Shown here: positions 23,806-30,688 of the stretch, in pieces
How positions within the stretch are numbered: the stretch's first letter is position 1
Layout: every line of letters starts with the position of its first letter
From: Octopus sinensis
Taxonomy: Eukaryota
DNA: 30,688 nucleotides
Reading direction: 5' to 3'
NCBI RefSeq assembly: GCF_006345805.1
Contig: NW_021829882.1
Location: 1-30,688, forward strand
The notes under the pieces: generated by a model
The model's input: only the letters and a program-made list of their open reading frames with translations
Told to the model about the DNA's origin: nothing
The model's database searches: none
Position numbers and translations under genes: made by a program

Positions 23806-24081
23806 GGCTGTTGCCAGCCTCATCTGGCCCCCCGTGCCGGTGGCACGTAAAAAGCACCATCCAATTGTGGCCGTTTGCCAGCCTCGTCTGGCACCTGTGC
23901 AGGTGGCACGTAAAAAGCATCCACTACACTCACGGAGTGGTTGGCTTTAGGAAGGGCATCAAGCTGTAGAAACACTGCCAGATCAGCCTGGGCCTAGCGC
24001 AGCCTTCTGGCTTCCCAGACCCCAGTTGAACTGTCCAACCCATGCTAGCATGGAAAACAGACGTTAAACGATGATGATGAT
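23806..24081 (+). mobile_element. 5'-truncated 3' end of the same RTE family
   Basis: Reverse complement of 7272-7560 with about two minisatellite units, the ccatgctagcatgg palindrome and a (TGA)n tail. Confidence 0.9.
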
Positions 24082-24655
24082 ATATATATATTTTAATATA
24101 ATCTGGGTAATAAGTTTATAGTGTGCTTCCAAAGCTCCTCTCCGGGTATCAGCTACCAAATGTAATTATATAGTAGGACTTCAGTTACTGGATATACATG
24201 TGGAAATCCACAAATATCCATAGACTATAAACAAATTTTAATATGAGAAGATGGATTAAACAGGCTTTATCTCAATCACTACAATTGTTTCAATGCATCA
24301 TAATCAGCAGATAATTGCTGAATGTTACATCCAATTGTGTTGATATGATTGTGTTGATATTGTGTTGATATGATTCAACAATAGCTGTTGAATATGTACA
24401 TATATATATATATATTAATTTTATTAATAGTTAGGGAATATAAAAATTCCAAGCCGACAGGGAAAAAAATTCAATTTAGCACACTAAATCAAAAATTCGC
24501 AATATATTATATGTATATATACATAGAATTTAGAGATAAACTGCTCTTGTTATTGAATCAATACTGAAACGATATTATCTTTCATACCCACATAGAAATT
24601 AATTAAATATATTATAATTGTTAATCTAATAATCACAAAACAAATCAAACATTAA

Positions 24656-24753
24656 TTGACTACACGCGTTTCATGAATATATATATATAAATCGATAATA
24701 TTAAAAGTTAATATTAATTCAATTTAAAAATATATAGCCACACTTCAGGTCAA
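24656..24753 (-). ncRNA. Degenerate type I hammerhead ribozyme motif in an AT-rich, Penelope-like remnant
   Basis: Minus strand: TTGAC-CTGAAGT-(AT-rich stem II)-GAAA-CGCGTG-T-A-GTCAA. Stem I TTGAC/GTCAA is perfect; the GUA triplet is in place; stem III is self-complementary; A9 is changed or deleted. Confidence 0.45.
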
Positions 24754-25107
24754 AAATTAATAAAATAAATAACGATATTATAATTAAACCATAAATATAT
24801 AAATATATATATTTTAACAGTAAATATTCCAATAAAATTTAAACAATATTAATGTAAAGCAAAAACATAACTTATCTTAGTGATGAAAACCAGTTAAATA
24901 AAATTTTAAACTTGAAACTAATGATCTAGCGTTGTAAAAAAATCTATCTCATTAAACGTAATATAGTTTATTTGGTAACCAAAAGCCTACTGAATCTTTT
25001 GATACCACATATGTCAAAATCAGTAACTTGGTTTTGGAATACATAAGGAACATACACACCACACACACCACACACACACAAGCAAACTCTCTTTTATATT
25101 TATAAGA

Positions 25108-25469
25108 TTACCTCTGCCTTAGTTAAGGCGGAGGTATTGTTTTCAGTCATGTTTGTTTGTCCGTGGACAAGATATCTCAAGAACTGCTGGATGGATTTGG
25201 ATGAAACATTCAAGGATCTTTGGCCTCATAACTGGCATGAACTGATTAGATTTTGGGATTGATCTGGTACTGGACAAGGTTTCTGGATTATTTTTCTGGC
25301 TTTTTTACTTAATTCTTGAGAACGGTTGGGTTCAGTTTTAACATTCACATTTGTAAGGGCAGTCGAGTTTATTTCAGATATTCTCATTTTAAAAATCATC
25401 TCTAGCTTATCGTTGAGAGGACATCGGTTGAGCTTTGGCAGAGGTTTGCAATCCCTGAGTGTTCTTGTT
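25108..25469. mobile_element. Non-autonomous Helentron/HINE (DINE-1-like) element
   Basis: 5' hairpin tacctctgcc-ttagttaa-ggcggaggta, a gtttgtttgtcc microsatellite, a 3' subterminal ggcagaggt inverted to the 5' acctctgcc, and TT ends. Confidence 0.55.
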
Positions 25470-25510
25470 ATCATTATTATTATCCTTTTTCTCTCTATCA
25501 TCTTTCCTTT

Positions 25511-25697
25511 CAGTTCTATATTTAAGAGATGAGGAATTATGTACATTATTTACATGATTTACATTTGACGGACATTTGTCCTCATCTTGTTTGTTGTTAA
25601 CACGTTTTGGCTGATATACCCTTCAGTCTTCATCAGATGTCTTGGGGAAATTTTGAACCAGGGTTCTCATTCCAAAGGTATTTTTCGATGTTGTTGC

Positions 25698-25735
<38 letters not shown>

Positions 25736-25809
25736 TCACTGCCTGGAATCGAACTCAGAATCTTGGGGTTAGTAGCCCCGCGCTCTTAACCACTATGCTA
25801 TATGCCCAC
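25511..25809 (-). mobile_element. tRNA-headed SINE (family C), copy 1
   Basis: tRNA-like head, (AAT)n spacer, and a tail with CTGATGA at 25630-25636; reverse complement of 25824-26087. Confidence 0.85.
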
Positions 25810-25823
25810 AGGCATATGGCGTA

Positions 25824-26087
25824 GTGGGGCATATGGCATAATGGTTAAGAGCACAGCCTACTAAACCCAAGATTCCGAGTTCGATTCCAGGCAGTGACCT
25901 GAATAATAATAATAATAATAATTATAATAATAATAATAACAACAACATCGAAAAATACCTTAGGAATGAGAAGCCTGGTTCGAAATTTCCCCAAGACACC
26001 TGAAGAAGGCTGGAGGTTATATCAGCCAAAACGTTGTGTTAACAACAAACACGATGAGTAAAAATATCTGTTAAATGTAAATAATGT
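25824..26087 (+). mobile_element. tRNA-headed SINE (family C), copy 2, head-to-head with copy 1
   Basis: A box TGGCATAATGG at 25834-25844, B box AGTTCGATTCC at 25878-25888, (AAT)n spacer, and a hammerhead-like tail. Confidence 0.85.
25995..26040 (+). ncRNA. Minimal type I hammerhead ribozyme motif (Penelope type), G12 changed to A
   Basis: GACAC-CTGAAGA-a-GGCTG(gaggttatat)CAGCC-AAAA-CG-T-T-GTGTT. Stem I GACAC/GTGTT, stem II GGCTG/CAGCC, palindromic stem III ACGT. AAAA in place of GAAA fits CpG decay. Confidence 0.55.
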
Positions 26088-26119
26088 ATCTTTCTTTACC
26101 TCTCTATAATTTTAAACTT

Positions 26120-26150
<31 letters not shown>

Positions 26151-26207
26151 TTTCAATTATCTCTGTCTTTCTATCTGATATCCTCTCACTCTGTATTTAT
26201 ATTTCAG

Positions 26208-26372
26208 CAACAAACCAAGTGTTGCATGTGGACCATTCAGCCAAATGGATACGGCCTACGATCTTGTCTCTCTGATGGTTGAGAAATGGCAGTCTTCAAA
26301 TTTATATCTCAAGAAAATCGTCAGGTTTATTTCTCAACGAGGTTTTATATTTGTAGTCCTTATTATCTTCTG
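26208..26372 (+). CDS. TMC: TMC family exon (165 bp, phase 2-2), absent from the ORF track
   Basis: Acceptor tttcAG at 26206-26207 and donor GTGAGT at 26373; TA+C completes a Tyr codon. Reads NKPSVACGPFSQMDTAYDLVSLMVEKWQSSNLYLKKIVRFISQRGFIFVVLIIF, with the TMC PSxxCGPF hallmark. Confidence 0.9.
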
Positions 26373-26399
26373 GTGAGTATTGACTACCATTTCTGGCCT

Positions 26400-26780
26400 T
26401 CATGGTATTGACTACTATTACTAGCCTGCATCATGGTGATGGTGATTGTGTCAGTCCTGGTAAGGACAAAGACAGTGTATACTTCATCATTCATAATTTA
26501 CTCACTTTCTTCATCAACACCAGCAAAAGTAACTAGCACTACTTTTCTTTCAGCTAATTAAAAATTATCATCATTATCTCCAATATCATCATTATTGTCA
26601 CCATCAACCACCTTCATTATCGTCAATTACTGCTAGCCTCATTATTGTCACTGTCAACCTTCAGCATTATCATGATGATCACTATAAGCACTATCATCAT
26701 CATTAGCCCCATCATCATCCTTTATTCTTATTAATCATTAGCCATCATCATTATTGTTATCAATCTTATTCTCACCTTTA
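26400..26780. repeat. Degenerate (CAT/ATT)n low-complexity tract
   Basis: Dispersed catcat/attatc triplets. Confidence 0.6.
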
Positions 26781-26834
26781 TTTTCAAAAGTGTGTGTATC
26801 CATGAGAGTATTTACATCAAAAAGCTGTGTGTGT

Positions 26835-27165
26835 GTGTGTTTCTTTTATCTTTTACTTATTTCATTCATTAGAATATGGCCATGCTGGGGCACTGCCTTG
26901 AAGAATTTTAACTGAACAAATCAACCCAAGTACTTATTTCTTAAGCCTGATATTTATTCTGTTAGTCTTTTTTACTGAACCATTAAGGTATGGGGATGTA
27001 AACACACCTACACCAGTTATCAAGCAGTGGTGGGTGACAAACATACAAACACACACATATATGACAGGCTTCTTTTAGTTCTTGTTTACCAAATCCACTC
27101 AAGGCTTTGGTTGGCCCAAGACTTTGGTAGAAGACACTTACCCAAGATGTCATGCAGTGGGACTT
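26835..27165 (-). mobile_element. Older family A SINE copy
   Basis: Diverged reverse complement of 21881-22268 (ggccatgctggggcactgcc, gacaggcttctt, accaaatccactca, gaagacactt). Confidence 0.7.
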
Positions 27166-27548
27166 AAAATAGGTTATCTTCACAGGAAGCACTGGAATAT
27201 GTTTGATATTTGGCTGCTTAAAAATGAATATATCAAAAAACTATTCAGAATTTCTTCCATTTTCTTGGGATCAACATTCCGTCTGGAGTGTGGTGTACTC
27301 GTATATGGAGAGTCTTAGTAGTTTTATTATGTATTCAACTCTGTACATATTTCGTGGTTCTCAAAATAATGTCTAATTTACTTGAAAATTCATCTGTTGT
27401 CTTATTACAATGAGTCAACAAAGAGACCTCTATACAGTTGCTTGACATGCTAGAAACAACAGTGAAAATTTCCCTCAAATAACCTACTAACCTTCCCCCA
27501 CCCCCCAAAAAAACCCATGGAAATTATACTGTGGATAACTTAGTTTTA

Positions 27549-27823
27549 CAGTTCTATATTTAAGAGATGAATTATGTACATTATTTACATTATTTACATC
27601 TGACAGATATTTGTACTCATCTTGTTTGTTGTTAACACATTTTGGCTGATATACTCTCCAGCCTTCATCAGGTGTCTTGGGGAAATTTCGAACCTGGGTT
27701 CTCATTCCTAAGGTATTTTTCGATGTTATTATTATTATTATTATTATTATTCAGGTCACTGCCTGGAATCGAACTCAGAATCTTGGGGTTAGTAGCCTGT
27801 GCTCTTAACCACTACACCATATG
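27549..27823 (-). mobile_element. Family C SINE, copy 3, followed by an inverted tail fragment (27824-27880)
   Basis: Collinear with 25511-25809 and shares the same terminal cagttctatatttaagagat; CTGATGA at 27665-27671. Confidence 0.85.
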
Positions 27824-28088
27824 TTGAAGGCTGAAGGGTATATCAGATGAGGACAAATATCTGTCAAATGTAAATAACGAACATAGTTTTATGTCCAAAT
27901 AAAAACGTGATGGCCACAGATGGAACGTCTTTAATCATAGGTCTACTCACTTGGGACTGACATGGGGGCTAAACAAGAAAAAAAGAAAATGCTAGCAAAT
28001 ATTTCAAACTTGTTATAAGATCGATAACATCAGATGCTGAATAGTATTTAGAATATATGTTCTTCTCTTTTTTATTTTTTTGATACAG

Positions 28089-28167
28089 TGTCATAGCATA
28101 TTACAGTCATATTCTACTGACCAGCCATCGCAAAATGGTGAAGCTTCTTAAATACCAGCTGGATCTG
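28089..28167 (+). CDS. TMC: TMC family exon, phase 2-0, absent from the ORF track
   Basis: Polypyrimidine tract with AG at 28087-28088 and donor GTAAGG at 28168; TG+T completes a Cys codon. Reads VIAYYSHILLTSHRKMVKLLKYQLDL, matching the last TM helix and the L..QL segment that precedes the TMC E..DK motif. Confidence 0.8.
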
Positions 28168-28209
28168 GTAAGGACTAATGTTTATTTTGCCTTTCAAATT
28201 GCATTACAA

Positions 28210-28242
<33 letters not shown>

Positions 28243-29257
28243 GAACTAACAGAGCTTATTGTAGCATTTTTTTCATAACAATTTCCATGTTGTTTGTATT
28301 GTGATTGTGTTTTATGATTTAGCCTCAAACAATTCTAATTTCAATTACATATGAACCAAGCCAACAAAAGATCCTTTATGAGGTTTCTCATCAATCTAGA
28401 AACAGTAGCCAAATCTCCCTTTCAAACTGCATTTTCTTAAAAAAAAAAAATTAAGGACACATTGGACATTGTAACCAAAGATTTACAAACTACACACCAA
28501 ATGGATGGTTAATGGCTGGAACTCTTGAAATGCCTTTCATCAGAAACAATAATCATACAACAAACAGACTGGATTCCAAACTGCCCTCTGCTTTGTGCTT
28601 TTGAATTCCTCTTGAATAAAATATCCCTTGAAAAACAGATAAGGGTCGGAGATAAGATTTGTATATGACTAAAAATTCCTGCTTCAATTTCCTCTTGCTC
28701 AAACCATGCTAGCATGGAAAGATAAATATTAAATGGACAAATTAATGTTATATAAAATTATCACCCCTATTCCATTTCTGCAATATCAGTTATCTTTTTC
28801 CTACCCACTCCAACTTGTGTATCATTGGTCACAGTCACCCATCAACCTCCTCCCAATTTCTACAGTTGTCACCTACTCTTCCCTCAACACTTGTTTTTCT
28901 TAATATTCACCCTCACACACATTCCCTATCTCTAATGTTCTCTCACTCTCCCACATGCCCTTGTAACCTCTACCCACCAACACTTCCTGATCTCCTGTCC
29001 CCACTCACTTCTACTTATCTGGCATCTTGAGGCTCCACTCTATCATCTCATTGCCATTGTTTTTATCTCTTTCTAACTCTACCCCAACCACTCCTACTGC
29101 CTCTTCTATAATGGGAGTAGAAGCGTAGTTCCCTTATTGCAAGAAACCTGTTCTGTTCTGAAGCTTTCTCTCTCACTTCAACCCTTCATCTCATAGTATA
29201 AAGCTGCCTCTCTCTCTACTGTAGTTCCACTTGATCAAAAGAGATCTTAATGTTGCA

Positions 29258-29461
29258 GGTTGCATGGCAACCTCACTGGTAGTAGTGGCATGAAAAAAGA
29301 CACCCAGTACACACTGTATAATGGTTGGCGTTTGGAGGAATATCCAACCATTGAAACCATGCTAAAACAGACATTGGAGCAGGACATAGTATTTTGGGGC
29401 TGTTGGATCTTATCAACCTTATGCCAGCATAGATCATGAACATTAAATGATGAAGATAATG
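29258..29461 (+). mobile_element. Old RTE-type 3' UTR remnant
   Basis: Diverged similarity to 23900-24081, ending attaaatgatgaagataatga. Confidence 0.5.
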
Positions 29462-29620
29462 ATTTTTATATAAATATATATAGACATGACACTCATGTCT
29501 CTTTGAGAAGTTTCTTCAGACAAAATTTTACAGCTAATGCTGGTTCACATTTTCTCTTTGTCCAGACATTATAAATAAGACACACATTAGAGTATGTGCG
29601 AGTGTATGTATATAAAACTG

Positions 29621-29768
29621 CTGAGTGGTTGGTGTTAGGAAGAGCATCCAGCTGTAAAAATCCTGTCAAAACAGTCACAGAAGTCTGGTGCAGGCTTCAG
29701 CCTGGCCAGCTTTTGTGGTACCATCCCACCTATACTAGCATGGAACATGGACATTAAATGATGATGAT
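29621..29768 (+). mobile_element. RTE-type 3' UTR remnant
   Basis: gagtggttggtgttaggaagagcatccagctgtaaaa ... ctagcatggaa ... attaaatgatgatgatg. Confidence 0.7.
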
Positions 29769-29923
29769 GGATGGTGATATATATATATATATATATATAT
29801 ATTCTTTTATTATTTTTCTTGTTTCAGTCATTTGATTGTGGCCATCATTATTAATAAATAATATTAATATAAATGGCTAGCAAGCATAAAAATCAAAAAG
29901 ATAAATTTATAAATTTATAAATC

Positions 29924-30328
29924 TATAATTATAATTAAGGGTACCAGATAGTACCAGCATTGCTAGAAATAAGAGTCAAATCATACTCAAATAAGCTGCA
30001 ATATCACTGAAAATTTAACAAGCTGATGAAATCAAGGAGTCTTTCAACGATTTTAACATGTATGATGAAGCGGGCATTAATTTAACCCCAGGCAGCAAGA
30101 CCCACTGATGAGGACTAAGAGTATTATCTCAGAGTTTGAAATCACATGATATGGGTATACCTGCAAATTCACTTATGTCTTTCCCCCACAAATGGTAGGT
30201 TGACTCTTTACTCGCTCCTCGATTTCATCAGCTTGTTAAATTTTCAGTGATATGTGGCTTATTCGAGTATTTTCGACTCTTATTTCTAGTAATGCTGGTA
30301 CTGTCTGGTACCCTTAATTATAATTATA
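29924..30328. mobile_element. Foldback/MITE-like element with ~116-bp inverted arms and a 173-bp spacer
   Basis: Arm 29924-30040 is the reverse complement of arm 30214-30328, with scattered mismatches that are often CpG>CpA. Confidence 0.85.
30100..30156 (+). ncRNA. Type I hammerhead ribozyme motif in the foldback spacer
   Basis: ACCCA-CTGATGA-GGACT...AGTTT-GAAA-TCACATGA-T-A-TGGGT. Stem I ACCCA/TGGGT, intact core, stem II with 2 G.U pairs, near-palindromic stem III, and an AUA triplet (cut after 30151). Confidence 0.7.
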
Positions 30329-30354
30329 AATTATAATATATATATATATATATA

Positions 30355-30398
<44 letters not shown>

Positions 30399-30402
<4 letters not shown>

Positions 30403-30688
30403 CACCCTAATGTGGCTCATGCCAGTACTCCCTGACTGGCTACCATGCTGGTGGCACATAAAAAGCACTATCCAAACGTGATCGATGCCAGGACCATCTG
30501 GCTGGCTCCTGTACTGGTGGCATGTAAAAAAGCACCATCCAAACATGGCCTCTACCCACTGACTGGCTCCTGTGCCGGTGGCTCGTAAAAAGCACCCACT
30601 ATACTCCTGGAGTGGCTGGCATTAGGGAGGGCATCCAACTGTAGAAACATTGCCAGATCAGATTGGAGCCTGGTTCAGCTACTGGCTC
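30399..30688 (+). mobile_element. RTE-type 3' UTR copy with ~3 diverged minisatellite units; runs off the window
   Basis: Repeated ggtggcacataaaaagcac units, followed by the gagtggctggcattagggagggcatccaactgtagaaac block. Confidence 0.8.

Noticed and set aside
28815-29030. Pro/Ser/Leu-rich ORF as the missing CASC3 C-terminus
   Set aside because: It is a pyrimidine-rich low-complexity tract downstream of TMC exons, with no CASC3 motif or splice support.
30023-30029. Additional CTGATGA in the foldback arms
   Set aside because: No stem II or GAAA in the required register on either arm.

Overview
Eukaryotic, AT-rich, repeat-dense animal DNA; the SINE/RTE repertoire suggests an octopod cephalopod (inference). 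The left part holds two + strand exons of CASC3/MLN51/Barentsz (226-1766, with 22 RRDYGDN-type heptads; 5720-5848). Its intronic DNA carries mariner and old LINE relics. Next is a near full-length RTE-clade LINE on the - strand (7272-~11140; APE, RT, and a PHD finger inside the RT region). It abuts a 9.9-kb array of 19 tandem ~520-bp units, each with TATA/Inr/ATG-like motifs pointing toward the LINE. The right part holds three phase-compatible + strand exons of a TMC (transmembrane channel-like) gene (22968-23098, 26208-26372, 28089-28167). Their introns contain SINEs, MITEs, a Helentron-like element and three different type I hammerhead-ribozyme-like motifs in three unrelated repeats. One motif sits in the tail of a tRNA-headed SINE that occurs as inverted dimers, and one sits in the loop of a long foldback element. 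Neither gene is complete in the window, and the two sides of the LINE+array block do not match each other. Scattered homopolymer indels suggest an imperfectly polished long-read assembly. All alignments and folds were done by eye.
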